A DNA stretch of 64,000 nucleotides from Eledone cirrhosa (lineage: Eukaryota), in assembly GCA_964016885.1 (NCBI GenBank), contig OZ024741.1, positions 336,598,001-336,662,000 of the forward strand, read 5' to 3'. Shown piece by piece: positions 38,125-52,312 of the stretch. The stretch's first letter is position 1; each line of letters starts with the position of its first letter. The notes beneath the pieces are model-generated. The model did no database searches and had not been told where the DNA came from. It saw nothing but the letters and a program-made list of their open reading frames with translations. Position numbers and translations under genes: made by a program.

Positions 38125-39600
38125 TTGGTGGGCCTGCAGCTTGGCACCTGGAGAGGCAGGTCCATGCCATCCTACAGTGTCATCAGGCACTGGAAGGATG
38201 GACCGGTTAAATTGCTCAGGATCTGTTAACGGACAAAAAACTGGGACAAAATGACGAGTAGGGTGGCCACTCTCACCCAGAAATGGGCAGAAAGGAAGCT
38301 ATCCTTGAAAGGTCGGGCGAAGGTGGCAAACACATACATCGCATCCGTCATCTACTACCACCTGACTCTCATACCTTGTCCAAAGCCTCATCTGAATAGA
38401 CTGGAGCATTTGCTCTTTTTTTTTTTTGTGGAAGGGACGTGCTCCAATTGTCACGTGGTCCATCTGCTGTCAACACCTGCTGCATAGAGTACTGGGGATG
38501 TCATGGTTGATGATGCACAGACATGCGCTAAAGATATGAGATCTTCAGCTTTTCTTGAACAATGAACAGGTGTGGTCGCCCATTTACTAGGCACATTTTT
38601 CCCCAGCTCATCTCTTTGATGGAGTTACAATCCTGGGTCAAGCAGAGACCAGGAGGGAGCACTTGAAGGCTAGAATATCTTCAGGTGCTCATAGCCCTCA
38701 GCCAATCAGGAATTATGATCGGTGGAAACTCTATCTTGGCATTCTATAGAGGGTTAGTGTGTGTAAAAGTGATGACGTTCTTGGGGAATCTCTGAGCATC
38801 GACGAAAATCAAGTAGCCATTCTCTTCTGCACATTTTTCAGTCCAGGGCCTATTGATAACTTCCAGAAATCCCTGGCGTGGCAGTGCTTTTGGTGAATAT
38901 TGCTGGTCCGAGATAATTTCTACAGGCATGGAAGTGCCATCAGCCGGGCATGTCTGAGATGCACACAGAGCAATTAAACCATCATGCATGAACTCATCCA
39001 GCATCCAAGTATCGCTAGCTTGTGGGTTTATCTCGAACATCTGCTGTCACGTGTGGGACAAATCTGACTGTCAACTGAGCTCATCATCAAAAATGCCCTG
39101 CTGCCTTTCCTTAGCCAGGAAGGGCCGGGTGTTTTAGTCTGTCTGGGGGCCATGGCAAAAGAAGTTGTATGATGGCCGCATCTAAAAGGGCGAAAGATGG
39201 GCACATTCCTTTTCAGCGACCCCATGATTAACTTCTTCAGGTTTAAGTTAAAGAGGAAGATCAGGGTGGAGAAGGAAGTGCTGCCTTCAAAGCAATTTGT
39301 TGAAAGGTGGGTAAAAGAGGCAAGAATGGCCCGAGTGAATGGGCCTGCTCTGAGCATGTGCCTGTAGATTGAGGGAGGACACCTGGGAGAGGACACTTGC
39401 CCTGGCAGTCAGGGTGACGTCTCCCTGCTATTGGCGAATTTTCTTTTGTTTCTATTTTTTTGTTACATCCTTTGTTTTTGTTTTATACTCATTTTTACAT
39501 GCAGAAACCCACATTTTACCATCCTGTGCTGTCCTTAATGTATTTTATTTTTATAAACCCTTTGTAGTCAATAAAGAAACCATTATTATTATTATTAGTA
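38125..39600 (+). mobile_element. Degenerate L1/Tx1-clade LINE ORF2 3' portion with (ATT)n tail
   Basis: QKWAERKLSLKGRAKVANTYIASVIYY, a C..C...H zinc-knuckle remnant and AATAAA before the tail. Homologous to 62700-63628. Confidence 0.75.
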
Positions 39601-39610
39601 GTAGTAGTAG

Positions 39611-40180
39611 GGCGGTGGATTGGCAGTATCGGTAGAGAGTCGGACACCATGCTTTGAAGCATAGAGTTACGTCCCTTTATGATCTAAGTTCAAATCCCGC
39701 TGAGGTTAACTTTGCCGTTCATCCTTACGAGGTCGATAAAATAAAGTACCAGTAATGTACTGGGTAATTGCTGGCCTTGTGCCAAAAGTAGAAACAATTA
39801 TTATTAGTAGTATTGTGGTTGTTGGATTGACAGTATCAGGAGAGCATTAAACATGTTCTGCGGTATATAGTTATAGCTCTTTATGTTCTGAGGTAGATTT
39901 AATCGACTTTCCCCTCTCCCCAAATTGCTGGCCTTGTGCCTTCAGTAGAAATCATTATTATTGTTATTATTATCATTAGCATCGGACAACATGCTGTGGG
40001 GGCATAGAGTTGTGTCCCTTTGCGTTCTGAGTTCAAATTGCGCCAAGGTTAGCTTTGCCTTTCATCTTACAGAGTTGATAAAATAAAGCACCAGTAATGC
40101 ACTGGGTCGATTTAATTGACTTTCCCCTCTCCCCAAATGCTGGCCTAGTACCTAAAGTAGAAACAATAATTATTTTTATT
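39611..40180 (+). mobile_element. Three tandem SINE family A copies
   Basis: GGATTGGCAGTATCGGTAGAG, GTTCAAATCCC and GGCCTTGTGCC..AAGTAGAAAC repeated. Confidence 0.8.
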
Positions 40181-40354
40181 ATTATTGTTTGTTTGTTTAA
40201 GAAGTTCACTTTATAAATTTCTTGCCACACCAGTCAGGAGTTACACAGCTGTTCCTTCTAAGAAGAGAGCTCCATTCAATTATATCCAACAGCAAATTCA
40301 TTAGAGGCCTTCATATCAAGCTTTTTGTCTTTCTTCCCTAAATTTTTACACCTG

Positions 40355-40580
40355 CATTCTCTCCCCCTTCTCTCTTTTCTTTTTCTCAACCTTCCTCTCT
40401 TTATCCTTCCTGCTTCTCTCTCCTCTATCACCACAGCCTCTCTCTCTCCCTCCCCTCTCCTCTGCCTCTCTCTCACCTCTATCACCCTTGCCTCTCTCTC
40501 TCCCACCTCTTTCCTTGCTATCACCCCTCTCTCTCCCTTCTCTTCTATCCCCTCTTCTCTCTATCATTTCCTTCCTCTCT
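40355..40580. repeat. CT-rich low-complexity tract
   Basis: Polypyrimidine mosaic. Confidence 0.75.
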
Positions 40581-41112
40581 ATTATGTGTTGTTCTCTTAT
40601 TCACACATTACATACAATATACGGGGCAATTCTGCATCCATAGTGTAGTTGGTTACAGGTTTTTAATGGACCAATCACTTGTTCTATATTTTGACAATGA
40701 GAAGAACATAACAAAGGAGTGTTGATAACTCAGTGCAAACATGTTAAAGGAATTTGTTTGAAGATGTGGTTGGCATTAGGAAGGACATCTAGCTGTAGAA
40801 ACAAAGCCAGGAGCAGTTTTGTATGAGCAAGGCAGTCATCTGAACTGACATATCACACAATGGGACAACTAGTCTAATTCATGCTATCATGGAAAAACGG
40901 ACATTAAACGGTGATGATTATGATGATTCTTTGCTTTCATAACCTGTTTTACATTCTTCTTCTATACATCATGCCAAAAGTTGGTATATACAAGTGATAC
41001 ATGTTCCTTTAATCCATCTATGAGGGCAGTTACTCTGAAAAAGAAATGATTCACACCATAATATCCATTTAACCCATGCCAGCATAGTAAACAAATGTAA
41101 AGTGATAATAAT

Positions 41113-41330
41113 AATGATTTCTGATTTAGGCACAAGGCCATCAATGTTGGGGGATGGGAAAGTTGATTAAATCAACCCCAGTGCATTACTGGTACCCTAT
41201 TTTATTGACCCTGTAAGGATGAAAGGCAAAGCTAATCTTGGTGGGATTTGAACTCAGAATGTAAGGGGCATAACTCTATGATGTCAAGCATGTTGTTCAC
41301 CACTCTACCAATGCTGCCAATCGACTGCCC
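41113..41330 (-). mobile_element. SINE family A
   Basis: Same core and B-box as 5504-5900. Confidence 0.75.
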
Positions 41331-42413
41331 TTAATGATAATGATGATGATGCTGAATTAAACACTTAAAAGATCATCAGTAGTTTCCAAACACGCTGTTT
41401 TACCAGTACATTCACCTTGATAAATAATTCATGAGAAACAAAAAATAAAACAAAGATATAGATCTTAGAAAGTTTATCATCAGAATAAAAAGATCATACA
41501 CAACAGAATTTGATACTTTTTTTTTAATAGTTTGCAATCTTTTATATGGTTTCAATAAATTTGGAATTATTATCTAATCATTTAAAGTTTATGATTAAAG
41601 AAAGGCAAGTTTTATGTGGCAGCTATTAAGCAAGCAAGGGACATTTTAGGATGAAAGGAATTAAAATGTATCAATAAAAACAACAAAGGATTAAAAGCTT
41701 GTGAACAATATTTGCTTTCATAAAACTCAACATATAAATTCATTATTTTGCAGTTATTCTTGTTGGTTGAATAAAAGTTATCAGAGGACAGTTTCTTTGA
41801 TATAGTTTACATAATATAATTTTAATTGTTTCACATTACTCATGTTTAAGCTTTGTAAATTAATGATCGGTTTGGGGTGGTTAAGCTGATTTCTATGTCC
41901 ATATTTATCAGATTCATTTCAAATCAGAATTTAAGGAAATAACAAAAGCACATAATACATTTTCTTTGTTCTTAACTGAGGATTTATATGTTTTAATACT
42001 GTAGCCTTCTGTTACTATTGTATTATGTATGCTCTTGATTGACTGAATCTATCATTCAGTTGAGCAAACTTACCATATTCACTGTCTAGCCCTTGGGTGT
42101 CTTTAGTGGACTCCACTCTGTTTCAAGTGTTCAAATCAGATCTCCAGTCTAGGATTTTCTTCCTTGGTTCTTCTCAGTCTCTGACGCCCTGCAAAAGGTC
42201 AGATGATGTACAGTGCTCTTCTTCCTATGACTAAGCCATCAAACACATTCTAATATATATATTTATATATATATATATATATATCATCATCACCGTTTTA
42301 CATCCGTTCTTCCACGCTAGCATGGGTTAAATATATATATATACACTACATACATATATATATATATATATACACATATATATATATATATATACACACA
42401 CACATATATATAT

Positions 42414-42474
<61 letters not shown>

Positions 42475-42499
42475 TATATATATAAATATATATATATAA

Positions 42500-42582
<83 letters not shown>

Positions 42583-42665
42583 GCTCTATAAGAATATTGA
42601 GTGCTAATTTTGGCATACCGCCTATGGAAGCACCATAGCTACCATTATACACACATATATATATA

Positions 42666-43134
42666 TCATCATCATCATCATCATCAACGTTTAACGTCCG
42701 TGTTCCACGCTTGCATGGGTTTGGACGGGGGGTATTTCCCACTTGAGGCAAGAGTGATTGTCTTGCTCGCATAGGACTGTCTGGCAGGTTTTCTACAGTT
42801 GGATGCCCTTCCTAACACCAACCACATTTACAGTGTAGGTCTGGGAGGTTTTTACCGTGTTGCCTACACGGCCACATTACAGCGTGGACTGTGTGTTTTT
42901 TTGTCGTGACACCTACACGATCTCATTTGTTCCGGCCTGGATGGCGCGGCACCAACATAACTTTACATAGAACGTGGTGGTGTGGATGGAGTGGGGGTGG
43001 TGGTGGTGGGACGGGGTGTATTTTGTTAAAGATGCCTACTGGCTGGAGTAGGTTTTACTATATATTTAGGTAAGGCGGGTCTTCTCTGTTACTGAGTACC
43101 GCCAAAGGTCTCGGTCCAGTGACATTGTCTTGGA
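42666..43134 (-). mobile_element. RTE LINE 3' end/UTR fragment
   Basis: SKTMSLDRDLWRYSVTEKTRLT* plus shared UTR and (ATG)n tail. Confidence 0.82.
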
Positions 43135-43230
43135 GATATATATGTGTGTGTGTCATTTATATTAAAACAATCTTGACTGTTTAAATTATAGGCACACATA
43201 TGTTAAATATATATAAATGTATATATATAT

Positions 43231-43426
43231 ATAATAATTAAGGGACAAAGAATCAGTATTGCATCATATACATATTTAATTACATATTACAAGTGTTTCA
43301 CTGCCGATCGGCTTGAGGAACGATAGATTATGTTCATTTCTTGAGCTGATCAGCAGTGAAACATACATAACATTTATTTAAATATGTATATGATGCAATA
43401 CGGATTCTTTGTTTCCTAATTATTAT
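43231..43426. repeat. Imperfect palindrome, probably an older head-to-head PLE-terminus fragment
   Basis: GTATTGCATCATATACATATTTAA...TGTTTCACTG / CAGTGAAACA...TTAAATATGTATATGATGCAATAC. Confidence 0.7.
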
Positions 43427-43511
43427 TATTGATACTCTGTTCCCCAATAGCATGAAGTGCTCATCTCGGTATACCACCTGTGAACACAATCTAATTGCAC
43501 CTTCATTACTA

Positions 43512-43562
<51 letters not shown>

Positions 43563-43644
43563 GTTATTCCGGGTTGAATCGGAGGTAACCACAGTAAGTA
43601 AGGTACTCAATACATAGCAGAGTATAAAAGTTTTAATATAGATG

Positions 43645-43695
43645 AGATTCTACAGGACTAGAACTGTTTCATTCATTAGAAATCATCAGGAATCT
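43645..43695 (-). ncRNA. Type-I hammerhead ribozyme at PLE-3 3' end
   Basis: Reverse complement of 50176-50226. Confidence 0.75.
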
Positions 43696-44272
43696 GGGTA
43701 TCAAAAAATAAAAATGGTATTTATAGGTCTCTACAAGTGGTAGGAGAGGGTGGGGAGTGGGATGGGTGTAGGTCATTGGTTGATAGAAAAGGGAATTCAT
43801 TAAAAGATAATTCTACAAAGCTATAGTTTATTTTTATTTATTTATGTTTTTAGAGTAACAAGGGCAGACAGAATTCTATAAACAGGTTCCGGATGGCATA
43901 CCATTCCTTGTCATTAAGTTTCTCTTAAGCAAACAGATGTCTATAAGATCAGTGGGGGGTCAGTCATGGTCGATAGAATTAAAGAAAAGGGAGATTCTTT
44001 AAAAGCTAAAATCATTAAGGTTCTACTAAGTGACAAAGGTCTAGAGAATTCTGTAGACAGATTCAAAATACTGAGTGCATATCTTACAATTATCTTCGAA
44101 CTTCTCTTAAACTAATCAACTATATGCCAAAAATCAACAGACACATTCACAAAAAAACATACTCACTCACACACTCACGCGCAACCATAAACACACACAC
44201 AAACACATGTACACACATAAAAACACACACACATATATATAAATATATTCATATACATACATATACATACAC

Positions 44273-44335
<63 letters not shown>

Positions 44336-44540
44336 TATATATACATACACACACACATACATATATATACACTCACACACACATATATACACATATAAAT
44401 ACACTCACACATATACATACAAACACAAATATACATGTGTATACAAATACACACAAATACATATAGATATATATACATATATATACATATATATACACAT
44501 ATACACATATATATATATATATATATATACATACATACAA

Positions 44541-44583
<43 letters not shown>

Positions 44584-44720
44584 CACATATATATATACAC
44601 ATACACACACACATATATATATATATAAAAAAACACATACACACATATATACATATACACACACATACACACAAACACACACACACATATATATACACAT
44701 ATACATATATATATATATTC

Positions 44721-44797
<77 letters not shown>

Positions 44798-44844
44798 AAC
44801 AAATATATACACATACAAACACACACACACACATACATACACAC

Positions 44845-44879
<35 letters not shown>

Positions 44880-44942
44880 TATACACATATATAAGGAAAA
44901 AGCACCATACTTACATGCATAAATATATATATATATATATAT

Positions 44943-45003
<61 letters not shown>

Positions 45004-45097
45004 TACACCATTCATACATATATTCATATATATATACACATACACACATATATACACATATACACATATATACACACACACATATATACACATATAC

Positions 45098-45136
<39 letters not shown>

Positions 45137-45321
45137 TATACATACACATATACACACACACATACACATACATACATATATACACAAATACATACACACA
45201 TATACACACACACATATATATATATATATATAAACATATATACACATACATACATATATATATATATATATACATAAATATATATATATATATAAAAATA
45301 TACACAGATATACATACATAT

Positions 45322-45366
<45 letters not shown>

Positions 45367-45424
45367 AACATACATACAAACATACATATACACATCTATA
45401 TAAATAAATATATATATATATACG

Positions 45425-45479
<55 letters not shown>

Positions 45480-45517
45480 ACACACATACACACACACACA
45501 TATACACATACACACAC

Positions 45518-45552
<35 letters not shown>

Positions 45553-45593
45553 CATACACATACACACACATATATATACACGCACACACATAT

Positions 45594-45640
<47 letters not shown>

Positions 45641-45654
45641 TACACATGCATATG

Positions 45655-45691
<37 letters not shown>

Positions 45692-45888
45692 ATATATATA
45701 CAAATATACACACACATACACAGACTTATACATAAGTATACACATATATATATACACATACATATAACGCATATATACACACATATATACATATATATAC
45801 ACACGCATACACACATACACACACACACACAAATATATATACACACACTCTCTCTCACGCACATATATATATATATACACATATATAC

Positions 45889-46004
<116 letters not shown>

Positions 46005-46066
46005 TATATACATATACATACATATACACACACATATATATATATATACGCACCTGCCCACACAAC

Positions 46067-46108
<42 letters not shown>

Positions 46109-46603
46109 TACACACATACACACACACACATATATACATATATATATATATACATATATATATATACATATACATATATATATACATATACATATATACA
46201 TAAACATACATATATACATACACATACACATACATACATACCCATACACATATATACACATATATATATATATACATATATATATACACATATATATACA
46301 CATATATACATACACATACATACATAAATATACACACATAAAACACATATACACACAAACATATATATATATATATACACATACACATACATATACACAC
46401 ATACAAACAAATATATACACATACAAATAAATAGGTACTCAATAAATATACGCATATACGCAGGCACATAAAGACACCTCTACAGGCAAAAAAATGTAGA
46501 TACGGAAGCGGTACTCACATAACCATAGCGGCCGTATTTCAGGTTGAGGAGGGTGGGGGTAGGGTGGGGAGGAGGTATAGGGGCCAATAGGGGGAGGTCG
46601 TTT

Positions 46604-47878
46604 TTAGCCATCGGGCTTTAACACTGGCTTAAAGTGTTTGAAAGTTGCAAAGTTCTTGTGCATGCAGTTCGGGCAGTGTTCAGAGAGTTTGTTCAGTAGC
46701 GGGCCCTTGGCGAATAAAATTTCGTAGCTCTCTGAAATACAAAGGTCGCAGCCCTTGTGTCCTCCGTTGTAAGAGCGCGCTTTCTGGAGTATTTTCCATT
46801 TAAGCGTGAAGGGGGTGGAATTCCTTTTGAGGTCCCAAACGTAGGAGGCGAGTGTTGTCTGATTTGATTTATCCGGTCTCCTGAAGGAGTGGGTATGAGC
46901 ATACCAACGGGTCTTAAAGTTGTTGGAGGTCATGCCGATGTAAGTTTTTTTGCAATCCTCGGTGCCTGAGATGACATCGCATTTGTATACGATGTCATTT
47001 GTGAGGCATTTGTTTTCAAGTGGGCATGCTTCCTTATTTAGGCAATTACATAGAGCCCCAGTCCGGGGATTGGTTTCGGAGGTGGTTGGCTTATTTAATT
47101 TAGAATTGTGGTTGGCTATATTCCTAGCTAGGTTAGGTGTGGTGGAGTTAGACAGTCTTATAGTGTTCTTATTAAAGATGGTGTAGTACCTATGTTGTAT
47201 GGGGAAGTGTAATTTCAGTAAAGTGAAGAAAATCCTAGCTATCGGAGTAGATACCTCTCTATTGAAGGGAGGGTTGTACCAGCTAATCTGCCTATGTCTA
47301 TTCCTCCTCTGCAATCTTGCGGTGGTTTCTAGGTAAGTTATCTTATCTTTAAATCCGCTACGGGCGAGGGCGTCATTGTAGTAGGAGGCAGATGCATTAA
47401 AAATATCTTTGTTGGCGGAGAGGCCAGATATTCTAATAGAGACGCTTTTTACTAGGTTATCAATGATGTTTTGGGGGTGGTTTGAATTAACATTAATATA
47501 TTTAAGGGACTCGTTAGGTTTGTGGTACGGGTAATAGAGGGAAGTATCTAGGTCGAGAGTGACATCTAAGAAGTTGGCCCTAGTCAAATTAGAATCTATA
47601 GTTATACTAAATCCTAGATTAGAGAAGAAAGAGCTTAAGTTTTTCCGAAACCCATAGGTGGTCCTGGGGTTAACCTTATGCAGGGCGAAGAGGCCGTCGT
47701 CTCGGTATAAACCTCCCGTTAGGCCGGTAAAGAGGTTCTTCAGGTTATGTAGGATGTACAGGCCCACAAGGTCGCTAATTTCAGCCGAGTCACTCGGCCC
47801 CATGCTAAAGTCAAATGGGGTCTGAGATTTCTTGTTGATCCAGTAAGATCCATCGTGGTATAGAAAGGTCTTACGAGC
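46604..47878 (-). CDS. PLE-3 RT C-terminal half + GIY-YIG (open frame, 5'-truncated)
   Basis: The frame extends upstream of the called ATG ([13 protein letters not shown]...[15 protein letters not shown]). [55 protein letters not shown]. Confidence 0.85.
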   Translation of the reverse strand, partial: ARKTFLYHDGSYWINKKSQTPFDFSMGPSDSAEISDLVGLYILHNLKNLFTGLTGGLYRDDGLFALHKVNPRTTYGFRKNLSSFFSNLGFSITIDSNLTRANFLDVTLDLDTSLYYPYHKPNESLKYINVNSNHPQNIIDNLVKSVSIRISGLSANKDIFNASASYYNDALARSGFKDKITYLETTARLQRRNRHRQISWYNPPFNREVSTPIARIFFTLLKLHFPIQHRYYTIFNKNTIRLSNSTTPNLARNIANHNSKLNKPTTSETNPRTGALCNCLNKEACPLENKCLTNDIVYKCDVISGTEDCKKTYIGMTSNNFKTRWYAHTHSFRRPDKSNQTTLASYVWDLKRNSTPFTLKWKILQKARSYNGGHKGCDLCISESYEILFAKGPLLNKLSEHCPNCMHKNFATFKHFKPVLKPDG

Positions 47879-47925
47879 GTATATATATATATATATATAT
47901 GTATATGTATATATACATATATATG

Positions 47926-48046
<121 letters not shown>

Positions 48047-48087
48047 GGATATATATATATATATATGTGTGTGTGTATATGTGTGTA

Positions 48088-48127
<40 letters not shown>

Positions 48128-48181
48128 GTTGTGTGGGCAGGTGCGTATATATATATGTGTGTGTGTATATGTATGTATATG

Positions 48182-48277
<96 letters not shown>

Positions 48278-48521
48278 GTATATATGTGTATACTTATGTA
48301 TAGGTCTGTGTATGTGTGTGTATATTTGTATATATATGGATATATATATATATATATATATTTATACATATGCATGTGTATGTGTGTGTGTGTGTGTATA
48401 TATATATATGTGTATATGTGTGTGCGTGTATATATATGTGTGTGTATGTGTATGTATATATATATATATATATGTATGTATGTGTGTGTGTATGTGTATA
48501 TGTGTGTGTGTGTATGTGTGT

Positions 48522-48568
<47 letters not shown>

Positions 48569-48626
48569 CGTATATATATATATATTTATTTATATATATG
48601 TGTATATGTATGTTTGTATGTATGTT

Positions 48627-48675
<49 letters not shown>

Positions 48676-48752
48676 ATATGTAGGTATATCTGTGTATATT
48701 TTTATATATATATATATATTTATGTATATATATATATATGTATGTATGTGTA

Positions 48753-48795
<43 letters not shown>

Positions 48796-48810
48796 ATATG
48801 TGTATGTATA

Positions 48811-48865
<55 letters not shown>

Positions 48866-48958
48866 ATATGTGTATATATGTGTGTGTATATATATGTGTA
48901 TATGTGTATATATGTGTGTATGTGTATATATATATATGAATATATGTATGACTGGTGT

Positions 48959-49056
<98 letters not shown>

Positions 49057-49097
49057 ATGTATGTGTGTGTGTGTGTTTGTATGTGTATATATTTGTT

Positions 49098-49174
<77 letters not shown>

Positions 49175-49279
49175 GAATATATATATATATGTATATGTGT
49201 ATATATATATGTGTGTGTGTGTTTGTGTGTATGTGTGTGTATATGTATATATGTGTGTGTATGTGTATATATATATGTG

Positions 49280-49366
<87 letters not shown>

Positions 49367-49545
49367 ATATGTGTATATATATGTATATATCAGTGTATAT
49401 ATATGTATATATATCTATATGTATTTGTGTGTATTTGTATACACATGTATATTTGTGTTTGTATGTATGTGTGTGAGTGTATTTATATGTGTATATATGT
49501 GTGTGTGAGTGTATATATATGTATGTGTGTGTGTATGTATATATA

Positions 49546-49600
<55 letters not shown>

Positions 49601-50175
49601 GTGTATGTATATGTATGTATATGAACATATTTATATATATGTGTGTGTGTTTTTATGTGTGTATATGTGTTTGTGTGTGTGTTTATGGTTGCGCGTGAGT
49701 GTGAGTGAGTATGTTTTTTTGTGAATGTGTCTGTTGATTTTTGGCATATAGTTGATTAGTTTAAGAGAAGTTCGAAGATAATTGTAAGATATGCACTCAG
49801 TATTTTGAATCTGTCTACAGAATTCTCTAGACCTTTGTCACTTAGTAGAACCTTAATGATTTTAGCTTTTAAAGAATCTCCCTTTTCTTTAAATCTATCG
49901 ACCATGACTGACCCCCCACTGATCTTATAGAAATCTGTTTGCTTAAGAGAAACTTAATGACAAGGAATGGTATGCCATCCGGAACCTGTTTATAGAATTC
50001 TGTCTGCCCTTGTTACTCTAAAAACATAAATAAATAAAAATAAACTATAGCTTTGTAGAATTATCTTTTAATGAATTCCCTTTTCTATCAACCAATGACC
50101 TACACCCATCCCACTCCCCACCCTCTCCTACCACTTGTAGAGACCTATAAATACCATTTTTATTTTTTGATACCC

Positions 50176-50226
50176 AGATTCCTGATGATTTCTAATGAAT
50201 GAAACAGTTCTAGTCCTGTAGAATCT
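50176..50226 (+). ncRNA. Type-I hammerhead ribozyme
   Basis: AGATTC CTGATGA t TTC taat GAA t GAAA CAG ttctagtc CTG TA GAATCT; GUA triplet. Confidence 0.78.
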
Positions 50227-50238
50227 CATCTATATTAA

Positions 50239-50279
<41 letters not shown>

Positions 50280-50282
<3 letters not shown>

Positions 50283-50706
50283 ATATTAAATAAATGGAAA
50301 ACTATATTTATAAAACCATATTTATTTAATTATATATATTTCAAGGGTACCAAGACACATTGGTACGCTTTCATCAGATAAAATACAAAGTTTGTTTTAT
50401 AACTAGAGACATACCCATGAAAATCATCCCTCATCGGTTGGATATTCACTAGATAGACTATCCAGTGAATATCCAACCGATAAGGTATGATTGTCATGGG
50501 TATGTCTCTAGTTATAAAACAAACTTTGTATTTTATCTGATGAAAGCGTACCAATGTGTCTTGGTACCCTTGAAATATATATAATAAAATAAATATGGTT
50601 TTATAAATATAGTTTTCTATTTATTTAATATCATCGAATATTTACTCCAGTTATAAACATTTATATTTGTCGGACTTCCAACAAATTATATACCCCTTCT
50701 ACTTCT
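50280..50706. mobile_element. Head-to-head palindromic mini-PLE (centre ~50457) with an HHR in each arm
   Basis: Arms 50280-50450 / 50465-50634 (sum 100914). The right arm has an extra tail to 50706. Related to 36888-37340. Confidence 0.82.
50529..50591 (+). ncRNA. Type-I hammerhead ribozyme (mirror copy 50323-50385 on minus strand)
   Basis: TATTTTAT CTGATGA aag c GTACCAA tgtgtc TTGGTAC c ctt GAAA TATATA TA ATAAAATA. Confidence 0.82.
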
Positions 50707-51197
50707 ATATATATATATATATAGCTAAGTCATGTATGAAGTTCTTTTGTTGGTTGGTTTTTCAGTCTCTCTGGAAGGAGAGAGATGAAAGAGAGAGATT
50801 GACAGGTTAGGAGTAAGTAGCTTGTAAGATATGCTATTAAAAGAATAGTTAAATATATGGGGTGAGCATGGTAAAAGAGATAGTGCGAGTAACAGTGGAG
50901 ATAGTGAAAGAAAACAGATAAGGCTTTATTATAGAGAGACAGAATTAGAGAAGTGACATGATAAAATAACAGATGTTTGTGTGTATGTTAGTCAAGTGTA
51001 TAACAACAGTTATAGGTGGCATGCCGTTCAAAGCACTTAATGCTGTTACGAGGTCTGTTTCATTTGGGTCATATTCCGGTGTTATGGCTGTAGTTTGCAG
51101 AGTATAAATAGATTTAAAAGACTTGAAGTCAGTGTTGCAGCATATGTACAAACTTTATTAGTTTGTACATATGCTGGAACACTGATTTCAACTCTTT

Positions 51198-51284
<87 letters not shown>

Positions 51285-52183
51285 ATACACACACACACAT
51301 ATATATATATATATATGTATATATCTTTGTGTGTGTATATATATATATATGTATGTGTGTGTATATATATATATATGTGTGTGATTGTATATATATATAC
51401 ATATATATCATTTTAAACATATTTACAGTTTCTATTATGTGTTTCCTCTCAGAATATGTTTACAATTATTAAGTTTAGTCTCTATGTACAACTATATCAT
51501 GCAAAAATCTATGCTTGTTATTACATTTTTCTATCTTCTGTTTGAACTTCTACATGTGTATGTATATGTGTGTATGTGTAGATATGTGTGTCTGTGAGAG
51601 AGAGAGAAAAAAAAAAGAGTCATACACCTTATACTTCACGATATGTTCTTTAAGAACTAGGCTAAAGTAACAACAAAAACAATTGAAGACAAACACAAAA
51701 GACATCTTTAAATGATGTCCTCAAGCTAGCAAGATTTCAAATAGTGGTATGCATGCCAATTTTAAGATATATGATCCCTGCCAATACAGCTACATATTGT
51801 TGTTGAATCTCGTATTTCTCTGCTCCTTTATCATCTCATTCACCACCATTTGATTATGTGTCATGAATTTGGCAAGCTGCAAAAATCCAAACCATAATCT
51901 ATTCACTATCAATATTGCTATTTGCAAAATGCCAAGTATTTGGGATATCTTCAATTCTAATGCTATATTGAAGCCATAAAAATGTAAAAGCATCTAAATC
52001 CTCACCATTAAAATACTATAGCAACAATTTCTATACTCATCTGACTAAAATAGTTTCTATACCTTCTTTTTGATTTATTGCACCTTCCATAGCTTCATTA
52101 TTAAAAGGGAAATTTGTCTATTTTTACCATATTTCTTTTCATATATCATATTGACATATATTCGAAAATTTAGAACATATATA

Positions 52184-52264
<81 letters not shown>

Positions 52265-52312
52265 AGACATACACACACACAGATACATATATATATATAT
52301 ATATATATATAT

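Noticed and set aside
51790-51993. Possible host exon/ORF (also 59515-59610 and 60788-60997)
   Set aside because: No recognisable protein similarity and weak splice support.
52070-52312. N-terminal part of the 790-aa ORF
   Set aside because: Flanking DNA and (TA)n read in frame by chance. RTE homology starts at ~52313.
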